Below the pieces are notes generated by a model that was not told where the DNA came from, searched no databases, and was given only the letters and a program-made list of their open reading frames with translations. This document shows positions 10,435 through 20,749 of a stretch of DNA of 64,000 nucleotides, one piece after another. Origin of the DNA: a virus; IMG/VR virus record IMGVR_UViG_3300045988_124542, positions 1-64,000 of that record. One strand, written 5' to 3'. Within the stretch, counting starts at the first letter, position 1. Every line of letters begins with the position of its first letter. The translations under genes were made by a program, and so were the position numbers.

Positions 10435-11153
10435 GATCGCTCCTCCTTATTTTTAGATTCAGCCTCTTCAAGTATGCTGATCACCTTATCAACAATATCC
10501 GAATCAGACATTTTCTCAATAAAAATATCCATTGCCTTAGTTATGTCATTGGCTTCTTTTTCCTCAAGAGCTATTTCCCCACCGGTAATAGCATCAGATA
10601 ATGATGTAGATAAGTGTCTTATCTTATCAATGCTCATAAACGTAAATGGATTACCACCTTGACCTCCACCCATTTCTTTCATGATCTGATATCCACCTGA
10701 GATAAGTCTGCCTGATGTCGTGGCCAAGGAGGATACGATTAGGGACAGTACCGCCGCTTCCGTCCGCTCCTCGGACACACCCCTCGACCACACGGCTGCC
10801 CTTATAGCGCCGGCCAGATCGTCTATGTATGGCATGAGGCAATCTTCCATCGCTTGTGTTATATCAGCTATAACCTCACTACGCTCTTTATTTATGTAGT
10901 AGATAGAAGCATTGTACCTCTTTATCTCTTTGTCCATGTCATTTAAAAGACGCTTGATATTGTGCTTATACATAGGACTGGTTTTAATTACTTCCTTTAG
11001 CTTAAGAATGTAATTATAAGCCTGGTCGTTTACGAACAACGTCATGGTCTCAACCGTTGAATGAAGCGTGTTAAGACTGTTAAGAATCTTATCGAAATTG
11101 TTTATCAAATAAGCTTTTCTGGCTTTTGCCGCGTAATTAATCATCGCATTCAA
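10431..11153 (-). CDS. hypothetical protein
   Basis: 240-aa ORF, no motif recognised. Confidence 0.5.
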   Translation of the reverse strand: MNAMINYAAKARKAYLINNFDKILNSLNTLHSTVETMTLFVNDQAYNYILKLKEVIKTSPMYKHNIKRLLNDMDKEIKRYNASIYYINKERSEVIADITQAMEDCLMPYIDDLAGAIRAAVWSRGVSEERTEAAVLSLIVSSLATTSGRLISGGYQIMKEMGGGQGGNPFTFMSIDKIRHLSTSLSDAITGGEIALEEKEANDITKAMDIFIEKMSDSDIVDKVISILEEAESKNKEERS

Positions 11154-11679
11154 ATTTTAGATTTTCAAGTTCGAGTATTTGTAACCTAAGAGACTTAATT
11201 AAATCCGTTCTCTGTTCCTCTGCATGTTTTAAAGCCTCTTCCTTGCTTTCAAAAGCACAATCCCCTATCTGATAAGGGGTGTAACGACCAGGAGTGTCGG
11301 CTAATAAAAGACCACCACAATCTTCTATTCTGGCTTTTACCTTTCTTATTTTCCCATCTTTTAGACACATGTCCGTAACCCATACGAATTTACCATATAA
11401 TTTATCATACTCTTCTAATCTCTCTTCTTGCAATTCATACCATTTAGGCTTAGGAAATCTTAATGTGAATTTAACCTCAGTATCTTTTTCTAAGACATTA
11501 ATATCGTATGCTTCCGGCCACAGCTCTTTTATGCTGTCTTCGTCTTCGGCATACACTACAAGTATGAATGAATCATCGGATTCACCACTACACCAATATG
11601 GATATTTTATAGGCCATTTGACTGGACGGTAGTCGTTACCGCAATCGGATTTTTTAATGTAAAATCTTGCTTTAATCAT
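11137..11679 (-). CDS. hypothetical protein
   Basis: 180-aa ORF overlapping neighbours by a few nt. Confidence 0.5.
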   Translation of the reverse strand: MIKARFYIKKSDCGNDYRPVKWPIKYPYWCSGESDDSFILVVYAEDEDSIKELWPEAYDINVLEKDTEVKFTLRFPKPKWYELQEERLEEYDKLYGKFVWVTDMCLKDGKIRKVKARIEDCGGLLLADTPGRYTPYQIGDCAFESKEEALKHAEEQRTDLIKSLRLQILELENLKFECDD

Positions 11680-12803
11680 GATTCTTTTATTCTTTTAAGT
11701 ATATGTTCAATCACTTTAATAGTCCACCCGTTTCCCAACATCTTGTACTGTTGGGTTTCGCTGCATTCCCATTTATACCAATCTGGTACAGTCTGTAACC
11801 TGGAGCACTCTGTAGGGGTTAATCTTCTTATTTTGAAATCGCCATGTAATGCTCTCTGTATGATAAAATTGTTTCTATCATATGAATTACAAGATAATGT
11901 TGGAGCCTTATCTTCATGAAATCCACCTTTGTTAAATCCTCTTGGTATTTGGGAAATAAGATTATCTTTCTGAACTGTTTTAAGACCATATTCTCTACAT
12001 GTAGGTTTTTCTGGATTCCTACCTCTCGTTGCTACACAAATAAGATCGTACATGTATTTACCCTTTACGGTAACAGTATTGGATTTCTCATCTTTTGTTT
12101 TAATATTAGCTCCATAATAATTTCCCCTGTCGTGATTTATTTTCAAGTGAAAAGTTAAATTGTTTAAAACTTTTTCAGATAAGTAATATTTTTCATCTAC
12201 TTCATATTCCGCTATATCACTTATAGTCAAACCTTCGTCTTTAGGTTGAGGGATAATTCCGCCTTGAATATTAGTCCAATAAATACGTTTCCTGGTTTGA
12301 GCGGAAACAAGCGCTGAATTAATATGATTGCCTTTACACCCTATAGCATCATCAAATACCAGCTCCCATTTCTTTCCCATCTTAACGTTCTCAAGAAGAA
12401 ACAATACCTCGGGATTGGTTTTTCTTGCATCATTCAAAATACGGATAAACTCCCAGAATAAGTAAGACTGACCGGAAAACTCAAATCCTTGTTTTTTTAA
12501 TTCAAGATACTCATTAAGTGATTTGATTTCTATTCCTTCTACGGTAGACAACCCTTTTCTTTTTCCAGAAAAGGACATATCCGTACATGGGCTGCCGGAT
12601 AAAATAAGATCTATGTGTCCAAGATCTTCTACATTCAAATCCCTTACATCTCCTACTTGTATAGTATTAGGGAAATTTAATTGCGTTTGTTTAATAGCAA
12701 ACTTATCTATTTCTGATGCATAATATACTTCAGGTGTGATCCCTATTTCTTTTAGCGCTATTTGACCACATGACATTCCGTCAAATAAACTTAACACTCT
12801 CAT
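11676..12803 (-). CDS. DNA (cytosine-5)-methyltransferase
   Basis: motif I LSLFDGMSCG, motif IV GSPCTDMSF (PC catalytic Cys), motif VI FLLENVK; start moved to internal MRVLSLFDG (ORF track start 12878) to remove 71-nt overlap with upstream gene. Confidence 0.85.
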   Translation of the reverse strand: MRVLSLFDGMSCGQIALKEIGITPEVYYASEIDKFAIKQTQLNFPNTIQVGDVRDLNVEDLGHIDLILSGSPCTDMSFSGKRKGLSTVEGIEIKSLNEYLELKKQGFEFSGQSYLFWEFIRILNDARKTNPEVLFLLENVKMGKKWELVFDDAIGCKGNHINSALVSAQTRKRIYWTNIQGGIIPQPKDEGLTISDIAEYEVDEKYYLSEKVLNNLTFHLKINHDRGNYYGANIKTKDEKSNTVTVKGKYMYDLICVATRGRNPEKPTCREYGLKTVQKDNLISQIPRGFNKGGFHEDKAPTLSCNSYDRNNFIIQRALHGDFKIRRLTPTECSRLQTVPDWYKWECSETQQYKMLGNGWTIKVIEHILKRIKES

Positions 12804-12807
12804 GGCA

Positions 12808-13116
12808 TTATACACATTTTTCAATTTTAATTGATTTTGATGATAGATACATATTCCATGTTCCTCTGCCTCTGTCACCTTTTTCGTTTTGTTTTTGGAT
12901 TGTCAAGTACAGATCTCCGTCTTCACATACTTCAACTTTTTTCAAGAAGCCTATCATTTCATCTCCTGTTTCGTGTAAAATACGGATCTTATCTCCTTCT
13001 TTTAACCCATAATTGGAATCAAAGTATTCTTTTTTGATTCTATCAATATTGTCTTTATGATTTTTTATAGCATAAAGCTCGTTTCTTAATAAATAATTTA
13101 GTTGTTCTATTGTCAT
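12808..13116 (-). CDS. hypothetical protein
   Basis: 102-aa ORF. Confidence 0.4.
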   Translation of the reverse strand: MTIEQLNYLLRNELYAIKNHKDNIDRIKKEYFDSNYGLKEGDKIRILHETGDEMIGFLKKVEVCEDGDLYLTIQKQNEKGDRGRGTWNMYLSSKSIKIEKCV

Positions 13117-13670
13117 TTCTTTTCCTCCTTGTTTAATGGTATCAACCCTTTTCCATGCTTGTCATACCACAGCATAGCTATACAGTTCCATGCACATTGT
13201 GCAAGATGAAAACATCCTGTATCTGAGTCTATTCTTTCCCCTTTCATGTATTCCATTAGGTGTCTGGCAGCCGCAGCACGATACCGTTCAAACCCGTTGT
13301 CAAGGTTCTGCCATTTATTGGGTCCGTACTTCTTTGCACCAGCATGATAGACTTTTACAATGTCCTCAATCTCTTCCATTGGAAGTAAATCCCATCGTAG
13401 TTTATCGTCAATGATGTCATTTTTCACCGATTTGTTTTCTCTGGATACTTTGACAGGAATAATACCCATAATGTCCGTTCCTACGATAAACGTCTCTCCA
13501 TTGCAACAAACCTCAGCATATTCATCATCTACCTCTATGTCTGATACTGCCTCCACTATAGCTCCTCTGGCTATTTCTAATTCGGAACTGATTACATCAC
13601 TTTCCAACATGCGAAAAATAGATCCTTTTGGATAAAGGATGTTTTTAGTATTATTGTCCATCTTTTCCAT
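13113..13670 (-). CDS. DUF550/MazG-like putative dNTP pyrophosphohydrolase
   Basis: GAKKYG...W...RHL...D.DTG.FHLAQCAWN pattern as I recall for phage dATP/dGTP diphosphohydrolase N-terminal domain; from memory only. Confidence 0.4.
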   Translation of the reverse strand: MEKMDNNTKNILYPKGSIFRMLESDVISSELEIARGAIVEAVSDIEVDDEYAEVCCNGETFIVGTDIMGIIPVKVSRENKSVKNDIIDDKLRWDLLPMEEIEDIVKVYHAGAKKYGPNKWQNLDNGFERYRAAAARHLMEYMKGERIDSDTGCFHLAQCAWNCIAMLWYDKHGKGLIPLNKEEKK

Positions 13671-13714
13671 TGTTTTATCGTTGTTTTAATTATTTGATAT
13701 AATAATATAGTCCA

Positions 13715-14080
13715 TCATTTTTCTTTTGCAAAGCGGTCAAATTCTTCTCCGCTCATGACAATGCGGTTAATGATAATTATGCCGTTATTGCTATAACTAT
13801 CATTTTTAACTCCCATGTCATCAAGCTCCTTCTTTAAATCTTCAAATGTAGGGCCTTTCTTGTCTTTAAAAAATAAAGTAGCATGCACAACCCTTCCGTT
13901 GTTTAGTTTTACTCTCACGGTATAGAGATATCCTTTTTCTTCTTCATCCTTTTTATTGATACCATCAAGGATGCTATTTATCATATCCTTGTCCTCACGT
14001 GATAGGTTGGATATGGCTATTCTGCCCTTTAATCTAAATATTTCGTTTTCGTTCATGACTTTCTGTTTTATTGTTTTCAA
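13715..14080 (-). CDS. hypothetical protein
   Basis: 121-aa ORF. Confidence 0.4.
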   Translation of the reverse strand: MKTIKQKVMNENEIFRLKGRIAISNLSREDKDMINSILDGINKKDEEEKGYLYTVRVKLNNGRVVHATLFFKDKKGPTFEDLKKELDDMGVKNDSYSNNGIIIINRIVMSGEEFDRFAKEK

Positions 14081-14339
14081 AATATTGTCTTACGGCTTCT
14101 ATGGCTTTATCATCATCAAAAGCTTCTTCAAACTCCGTGTAGAACCTATCTCGCTCCATGCAGAATGTGTTTTTCCCTTCCGGTATAGGACGGAACACAA
14201 CCACCCTCTCTTTGTCGTGATTGGTTCCTATTATGTTATTATCTAAGATAATAGAATACCTTCTTGAACTTTTGTTGATAACAACATCATGTTGAAGACC
14301 ATACAATTTAAGTATTTCCCTTAATTCATTTGTTTTCAT
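14034..14339 (-). CDS. hypothetical protein
   Basis: 101-aa ORF; 47-nt overlap with downstream gene suggests later start. Confidence 0.35.
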   Translation of the reverse strand: MKTNELREILKLYGLQHDVVINKSSRRYSIILDNNIIGTNHDKERVVVFRPIPEGKNTFCMERDRFYTEFEEAFDDDKAIEAVRQYFENNKTESHERKRNI

Positions 14340-14696
14340 TTATATTACTCCTTCCAAATTTACTTTAATAGAACCATTTATGGTTTTAATGCTCCCATCT
14401 ATGGTTGAAATCACATCATCTATATCATTTATAATACTTTCCATGTCATCAACCACCTCCTCCATATCAGTTACAGCCTGATCTGATTCCCAATATCTTT
14501 CTGAGTCTTGTAACGATTCCGGTATATTATCTCTCGCCTCAGTCTCTTCATCTAAAATCATATCAACATCATCTTTGGCTGAATTTATGTTGTGCTTCAA
14601 CTCCGACAACTTTGATTTGATGTATTCAAAATCTGTTTTATACTTATTTACGTTGTTAATAACATCCGATATTTTTTTTCTTCTCTTGTTGTTCAT
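14340..14696 (-). CDS. hypothetical acidic protein
   Basis: 118-aa ORF, Asp/Glu rich. Confidence 0.4.
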   Translation of the reverse strand: MNNKRRKKISDVINNVNKYKTDFEYIKSKLSELKHNINSAKDDVDMILDEETEARDNIPESLQDSERYWESDQAVTDMEEVVDDMESIINDIDDVISTIDGSIKTINGSIKVNLEGVI

Positions 14697-16114
14697 GCCT
14701 TTATCTTATTATAATATTCGATAATCTTTTCTTTCCTGTCTCCTGGTTTTACTGCCATATTCTCAGCCAAGAACCTAAAATACGACACTGGTATGTCCTT
14801 GAATCTAATTCCTTCATATTTTCCAAACCACATTATTATACTGTCAAGATCGTCTTCTCTCCTACCATCTCCATTCACAGATTTAAGCGAGGCTGCCCGG
14901 CGAAGGATCTCGTCTTTGGTAATAATATCACCCATCCTTATATTAGACAGAAGTTGATCTCCGGCAAACATACACCAGCCCTTAGAAGGGAATTGTTCGA
15001 TTGTCAAGTCTTCTATCCGGCCGAAACGCCTCATGTTGTCGCAGCAATCAACTATCAGCGCCTCTTTCTTGTCAGGATGGATGCGGACGGCGCGGCCTAA
15101 TATTTGGTAATAAGTTGAATATGAGAAAGTTGGGCGACCAAACATCACACAATCAAGTTCAGGAAAATCAAATCCGGTAGCAAGCGTTGAATAATTAAAC
15201 ACGACCTTTAACTTACCTTCTTTGAAATCGGATATGATTTGCTCTCTTTTCTTTTTGGTTGTTAGCGATGTTACGACACCGGTTATGGCTCCCATCCTGG
15301 CATTCATGAACTCTGATATTCTATTACATGATTCGATAGAATCCATACAGACCAAAATGGCTTTACGTTCGTTCATAAGTTGAAGAAGGCGCTTGTAGAT
15401 AGAGTTGTTTAAGCCGTTTCGTACAATACTTTCTTTAATAGATTCGTTGGTGTATTCAGCCCCGGTACTGTTTAACATCAGAGCCGATTCATCAAACGAC
15501 CATCGTTCGTACTTAAGTGGACACCAAAACCCTTGAGAGGTTAGTTCTTGTATTTGAGTTACATGAACTATTTTCTTGAAGAAGTTATGCTCGTCTTTCG
15601 TCAGCATATTGAGCTTGCTATAGTTTCCTTCCAGCATGGAACTGTAGGTTCGGAGGCGGCAGGGAGTGGCGGTGAAGCCCAGCACCTTCGCCTCTGGGAA
15701 CCTGTTCATAAACTCCATAAATTCAGAACCTTCTTCAGGAGAATATCCTGAATGACATTCGTCTATCAATAAGGTATCTATCCCTATATCCTTCAACCTC
15801 ACCACATCTTTCTTTATGCTCTTTAATGTTGCATAAGTCATAGCCGACAGCTCCTTTATACCACATGAAGCAGAATATATAGTAGGTTTAGAACCGAATG
15901 ATACGGCCTTTGCATAATTCTGCTCCAGAATCTCTTTTGAGGGCTGTAATACTAATGTCGGTCTATTTATTTCATGTGCTATCTTGGATATCAGAAGGCT
16001 CTTTCCACATCCGCATGGGGCTACGATTATGCCAGGCTTCTTAGATCTTCCTGTAAGAAACTTAAGCCCGGCATCTACCGCCTCTTTCTGGTAAGGTCTA
16101 AGTTCAAAGCCCAT
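14693..16114 (-). CDS. SF2 DExH-box helicase
   Basis: Walker A VAPCGCGKS, motif II LLIDECHSG, motif III FTATP, motif VI QILGRAVR. Confidence 0.85.
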   Translation of the reverse strand: MGFELRPYQKEAVDAGLKFLTGRSKKPGIIVAPCGCGKSLLISKIAHEINRPTLVLQPSKEILEQNYAKAVSFGSKPTIYSASCGIKELSAMTYATLKSIKKDVVRLKDIGIDTLLIDECHSGYSPEEGSEFMEFMNRFPEAKVLGFTATPCRLRTYSSMLEGNYSKLNMLTKDEHNFFKKIVHVTQIQELTSQGFWCPLKYERWSFDESALMLNSTGAEYTNESIKESIVRNGLNNSIYKRLLQLMNERKAILVCMDSIESCNRISEFMNARMGAITGVVTSLTTKKKREQIISDFKEGKLKVVFNYSTLATGFDFPELDCVMFGRPTFSYSTYYQILGRAVRIHPDKKEALIVDCCDNMRRFGRIEDLTIEQFPSKGWCMFAGDQLLSNIRMGDIITKDEILRRAASLKSVNGDGRREDDLDSIIMWFGKYEGIRFKDIPVSYFRFLAENMAVKPGDRKEKIIEYYNKIKA

Positions 16115-16490
16115 CGCAATCTATTATATTATTTTTTGAAAGTTCTATTATCGCCTCTTTCAACATCTCCCTTGCCTTATTCTCATTATCTTCAAACAGG
16201 CATACACTGCATGTAGCACCTTTGGAGGGGTAGTCTCTGTAGGCTTCTGCTCTTTCTACAACGTATTCACAACAATAGTCGTGACTCATGTCTTTTGCTA
16301 TACTTATAAAATGATCTTCTCCATCCATCAACACGCAATATTCAGCATCGTTTTCACATGCAATAACACCTTTGTTTTTTAAAATGGATAGCACTTTATT
16401 TCCAAAAAGTCCAATATAGACCCATATATCTTTCCCTGCATTTTTGTAAAAAATATCCATCCCTTCTTTGATTGTGACTTTCTTTTCCAT
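16104..16490 (-). CDS. hypothetical Cys-containing protein
   Basis: 128-aa ORF. Confidence 0.4.
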   Translation of the reverse strand: MEKKVTIKEGMDIFYKNAGKDIWVYIGLFGNKVLSILKNKGVIACENDAEYCVLMDGEDHFISIAKDMSHDYCCEYVVERAEAYRDYPSKGATCSVCLFEDNENKAREMLKEAIIELSKNNIIDCDGL

Positions 16491-16496
16491 AACCCC

Positions 16497-16820
16497 TTAT
16501 TTTATATCAGTAATTAAAATATATTTTTTAACAATATCTTCAAGACTCTCAGAAGAACGTATATATAGTTTTTCTTCGTACTCATATAGAGCGTACCCTT
16601 CTTTTATGTCTAATATTTTAATCACATGCTTGCCTCTTTCAAATGGATCCTCAAAGTAGTTCTTATGTTCGTATCTTTGACTTACTTTGATTTTGTCAGT
16701 TTTCTTCTTCATCTTATAACGATCTACTGCTTCACCTGTTTTTATGAAAATTGTCGTGAGCAAGTATAATAAAACTAAAAACAAAAGGATCGCTACTCCA
16801 CATATTAGATCTTCTTTCAT
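16497..16820 (-). CDS. hypothetical membrane-anchored protein
   Basis: N-terminal hydrophobic helix AILLFLVLLYLLTTIFI. Confidence 0.4.
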   Translation of the reverse strand: MKEDLICGVAILLFLVLLYLLTTIFIKTGEAVDRYKMKKKTDKIKVSQRYEHKNYFEDPFERGKHVIKILDIKEGYALYEYEEKLYIRSSESLEDIVKKYILITDIK

Positions 16821-16986
16821 TGCACTTCCTTTAAGTAGTTAAACCAAATAGCCTCAAGTTTCTCCTGGAACTCAAACGCCTTTTTAAAATTTCCGCACCG
16901 TACCGCCACGTTCCTCATCTCTTCAAGATATATGACTTCCGGATCTTGCCGGTATTTTGTTCTTAACTTTTGAACGTCCTCGTATT

Positions 16987-18006
16987 TCATCGATTTATCT
17001 TTTTAGACGGATCCCAATCTGAAGAGAAAGGGCATTCGTTTTTGTTATGTAATCCAAAGTCACAATAATAACACAGTGCCGACGGGCAGGGTAGCTTGTT
17101 TTGCGAAACAGGCTGGCTTAGGGTGGCACGCCGCTTGCTATACCTGGCTCCTTCTGCTCCCTGGATGTACGCTTGAAATGATTTTACACTATTATCTTCA
17201 AAATCATACATTTTAGATAAAGTGTCATTTAGCATCTCTATAGATTTTGTTTTACGTTCCTCATCCACCTTAACCTTTTGGTACTGCCTGGTTCTGGTAA
17301 AGAAATAGATGTTCATATCTGGTAGAACCCCACCATATTTTCTATAGATGTAAAACGAATATATAGGATGCTGTAAATTCGTTTCCAACTTCTTAGAATC
17401 AAAAACCTTATTCCCTGATTTCCAATCTATGACATAATGGTGAATTACGTTCTTGCTCTTTATAGCCAGATGAAGGTCTACTGATCCTACTATGTACACA
17501 TGGGTATGAATTACCCCATTTATGTCAACTGGCTTAGGAAGGCGGTACGGTAGCACAAAATCTTCTTCGACTCCAACTATAGCGCCGTGTCTGATAAGTT
17601 TCTCACAAGGATTAAGATCACTATCAGCTATCATAAACCTATTGCCGTCTTTTTTAAACAGATCCACAATCCAAGCAAGAAGCTCCCCAGATTGTTTCAT
17701 GGCTATCATCATATTTTCCGGTGATTGCCAAGGTATGTCTTCTTGGTAAGCATAGTAACTTATTGCTTCTCCAAGGTCTTTGCCAGAAGGCTGCCTTCCG
17801 TTCTTGAAGAAGTATTCCAGTGTCTTATGAATAACCGTACCATAAGACGTAGCTTCTTGTTTTTCTGTAGACCTTTTGCCCTCTACGTAAGTCTTATACC
17901 ATTTCATTGGACAAGTAAGAAACGTATCTATCTGGGAATAAGAAATGGCAAGACGTTTCACACCATTAAACTCCTTATATGGCAAATGCGTTTCCGGGAC
18001 CATCAT
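16987..18006 (-). CDS. Cas4/RecB-like PD-(D/E)XK exonuclease with Fe-S cysteine cluster
   Basis: N-terminal Cys (FLTCPMKW), motif III VIDWKSGNK, C-terminal CPSALCYYC...C cluster. Confidence 0.7.
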   Translation of the reverse strand: MMVPETHLPYKEFNGVKRLAISYSQIDTFLTCPMKWYKTYVEGKRSTEKQEATSYGTVIHKTLEYFFKNGRQPSGKDLGEAISYYAYQEDIPWQSPENMMIAMKQSGELLAWIVDLFKKDGNRFMIADSDLNPCEKLIRHGAIVGVEEDFVLPYRLPKPVDINGVIHTHVYIVGSVDLHLAIKSKNVIHHYVIDWKSGNKVFDSKKLETNLQHPIYSFYIYRKYGGVLPDMNIYFFTRTRQYQKVKVDEERKTKSIEMLNDTLSKMYDFEDNSVKSFQAYIQGAEGARYSKRRATLSQPVSQNKLPCPSALCYYCDFGLHNKNECPFSSDWDPSKKINR

Positions 18007-18362
18007 AAGCTATCGTCTTTAAATCCTTCTGGGTAATATACAACATATTTCTTGCCATCCTCCGGCGTCATGGCGAATTGCATGTAGTTATTACGATTAC
18101 GATGTTTGCCATCCAATCCTCGTTTCCAATACAGTATCCCGTCTATATCCACATAAGATCGGCCTCGGTCGGCTCTAACTACGTCCGTGTGCAGCAGATA
18201 CCCGTCGGAAGACACGATCCACACTTTATCCCCTTTGTTTAAATAGGATATTCTTTTTCTTACAACAACCTTTTTCTTATTATCTAATGCAAATTCCTCA
18301 TCAGTCATACTCTTCATCCTCCTCTTCTTCTGTTTCAAAATCAATTCCATAACACTGATCAT
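18003..18362 (-). CDS. hypothetical protein
   Basis: 119-aa ORF. Confidence 0.4.
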   Translation of the reverse strand: MISVMELILKQKKRRMKSMTDEEFALDNKKKVVVRKRISYLNKGDKVWIVSSDGYLLHTDVVRADRGRSYVDIDGILYWKRGLDGKHRNRNNYMQFAMTPEDGKKYVVYYPEGFKDDSL

Positions 18363-18515
18363 AATGCTTGGTCAGTTCTTCTGGTTCTAAATCTTGTCCA
18401 AAATCCATGTTAAAAATATTGTAATTAGTAAAGCACTGTCCCTGCCGGTAGGAAATCTATAAATGCTGCTTTTGCTTCTTCAATTAGGCCCAAGTGTAAC
18501 CTTGGGCCATTGTAT

Positions 18516-20222
18516 TTATTTTTTGTCATCTCCTTTTAACTTCTTTAAAGTATCTGCAATCGGAAGCTGATCAATGACTCCCAATGCCGGAGCAACGGCC
18601 TTAACAACATTGTTAAGGAAATTACCGGTGCTGTTCTGACCGCCGTCAAATACCGTGATATTTCCGAGATTGATGTGCTCGAACGCCTTAACCTGTTCTC
18701 CAGCAATTTCTTTCCACTGATTAACCATCTTGTACTGGATGGCGATCTGAGGATTGGATTCTGCTGCTTCCACCATAGCCTTAAATCCGTCGGCTTCTGC
18801 CATCAACGACTTTTTCTTACCTTCGGCTTCCGCTTCCAGCTTCATCTGAATAGCTTTTGCTTTTGCTTCCGCCTCTGCTTTTGCCAAATGTGCTGCTGCT
18901 TCAGCATCGGCCCGGCGTTTGATCTTCTCGGCCTCGGCATCAGCTTGCAACATAGCCTCCTGCTTCTGAATTTCAGCCGGCACAATCTTTTCAGCTTTAA
19001 GCGCAGCTTGAACCTTCTTAGCTTTAGCTTCTTCCACTTCTTTATCAGCAAGCTCTTTTGCCGTTTTCACAGCCGCTTCCGATTTAACTTTCTCTTCTCC
19101 GGCTTTCTTTTCTGATTGAGCTTTGATAACCTGCAATTCTGATTCTGATACAGCAACCTCTTTCTGGGCATTGTTGTAGCCTACAGAAGCATTTTTCTCA
19201 GCCTCAGCTTTCTTAATCTGAGCTTCAGAGTCTTGTATTGCTATAGCTGCTTGTTTGTCAGCTTCAGCTTTATTCTTTCCAACTTCTTCCATTCTTTCGG
19301 CTTCAGCTTTGTTTACTTCAAGTTCCGCCTTAGATCTTGCAATCGCTGATTCCTTGTCAGCCAAAGTCTTTGCTATAGCCGCAGCCCTATCTCTATCGGC
19401 TTGAGCTACACCGATCTGTTTTTCTTTATCGGTTAAAGCCAAAGCTACTTCTTTTTCTTTCTTTGTTTCAGCTACTACCGTTTCTTTTTCTTTTTCAGTA
19501 TAGGCAATTTGAATCTCTTGTTCTTTTTGGGTATTAGCTACAGCCGTTTCTTTTTCCTTCTGTTGTACAGCAATCTTAATAGCACCCAGCTTTTCCTGTT
19601 CTTCGATATTAGCCTGTGCTTCGTTCAGAGCCTTGCTTTCAGCCTCTTTACCAAGATTCATGATGTAGCCGGCTTCATCTCTGATGTCACTGATGTTAAT
19701 GTTCAAAAGATAAAGACCCAATTTATTAAGTTCGTTATCAATGTTTTTTCTTGCCTTATCCAAAAACTCATCCCTATCAGAATTAAGTTTTTCGATTGTC
19801 ATTTCGGCAATAATCAAACGCATCTGACCGTAAACGATGTCTGTAATAAGATTTTCAGTAGATTCGGTATCCATCCCCAAAAGTCTTTCTGCTGCATTTT
19901 GCATGATTTCAGGATTTGTACTGATAGCTACTGTAATAGTTGTAGGCACATCTACTCTAATATTCTGAGATGACAAAGCACCGGTAAGCCTACAATCTAT
20001 TTGCATAGGCTCCATAGATAAAATATCATAGCTTTGGATAATAGGCAACACGAATGCTGCTCCACCATGATATAATTTCGCCGATTTCTTCTCTCCACCT
20101 GTCTTACCATAAACGACCAAGACCTGATTAGGCTTACATCTACGATACCTTGATAAGACTCCGATGATTGTCAAAATAATCACTACAGCTAAGATGGCTG
20201 ACACGTACATAATTGTTGTCAT
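18516..20222 (-). CDS. flotillin-like SPFH/band-7 membrane scaffold protein
   Basis: N-terminal TM helix, SPFH-type core, long Ala/Glu-rich repeat tail (AEAEAKAKAIQMKLEAEAEG) typical of YqiK/FloT flotillins. Confidence 0.8.
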   Translation of the reverse strand: MTTIMYVSAILAVVIILTIIGVLSRYRRCKPNQVLVVYGKTGGEKKSAKLYHGGAAFVLPIIQSYDILSMEPMQIDCRLTGALSSQNIRVDVPTTITVAISTNPEIMQNAAERLLGMDTESTENLITDIVYGQMRLIIAEMTIEKLNSDRDEFLDKARKNIDNELNKLGLYLLNINISDIRDEAGYIMNLGKEAESKALNEAQANIEEQEKLGAIKIAVQQKEKETAVANTQKEQEIQIAYTEKEKETVVAETKKEKEVALALTDKEKQIGVAQADRDRAAAIAKTLADKESAIARSKAELEVNKAEAERMEEVGKNKAEADKQAAIAIQDSEAQIKKAEAEKNASVGYNNAQKEVAVSESELQVIKAQSEKKAGEEKVKSEAAVKTAKELADKEVEEAKAKKVQAALKAEKIVPAEIQKQEAMLQADAEAEKIKRRADAEAAAHLAKAEAEAKAKAIQMKLEAEAEGKKKSLMAEADGFKAMVEAAESNPQIAIQYKMVNQWKEIAGEQVKAFEHINLGNITVFDGGQNSTGNFLNNVVKAVAPALGVIDQLPIADTLKKLKGDDKK

Positions 20223-20254
20223 AACTTTTAAAATTTAATTGTTGATAAAAAAAA

Positions 20255-20749
20255 TTAGATAATTAATTCTCCTTCTTCGTATTTTATATTCACCTTGTCA
20301 CCGTTTTTGTAAGTTTTTCCAGACAAGCATCTTACTCTCATTTGCTCCTGTCTTCCATTTTTCGAAATATTTACCATATAATGATTCTTCCCTGATCTAA
20401 ACACTATCTCCACCTCTCTGCCATTTAAATCTTCCGGACATTCGTACACCATTTCTTGCTTTAACTTAAGAAGTAACTTATATACGTAAAACAAAACGAT
20501 AAAGAAAAACGACCCTATCACAACCCCTACTAAATGGGAACCCGAAAAGTAGGTAGTCCAGCTATATCCAAGAATAAAATGTGTTATGCCCTTGAATGAT
20601 ATGATGTCCGACAAAGACATACTTAAATCAGAAGCATCATCAATATCAATATCCGTATCCAGATCAGATCCTAATATCGACAACAAAAACTGTATAACAA
20701 AAGCAAATGACGCTATTAAAGCCATGCATAAAATTATGTCACTTCCCAT
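20255..20749 (-). CDS. NfeD-like (YuaF/YqiJ-type) membrane protein, SPFH partner
   Basis: three hydrophobic helices then beta-rich C-terminal ~60 aa; immediately downstream of flotillin gene as in bacterial SPFH-NfeD operons. Confidence 0.55.
   Translation of the reverse strand: MGSDIILCMALIASFAFVIQFLLSILGSDLDTDIDIDDASDLSMSLSDIISFKGITHFILGYSWTTYFSGSHLVGVVIGSFFFIVLFYVYKLLLKLKQEMVYECPEDLNGREVEIVFRSGKNHYMVNISKNGRQEQMRVRCLSGKTYKNGDKVNIKYEEGELII

Noticed and set aside
18675-19115. 146-aa + strand ORF (and similar antisense ORFs at 5513-5968, 58630-58963, 29099-29626, 27888-28406)
   Set aside because: Antisense to well-supported genes (flotillin, giant ORF, SSB-like, others) and low-complexity; artefacts of repetitive codons on the opposite strand.
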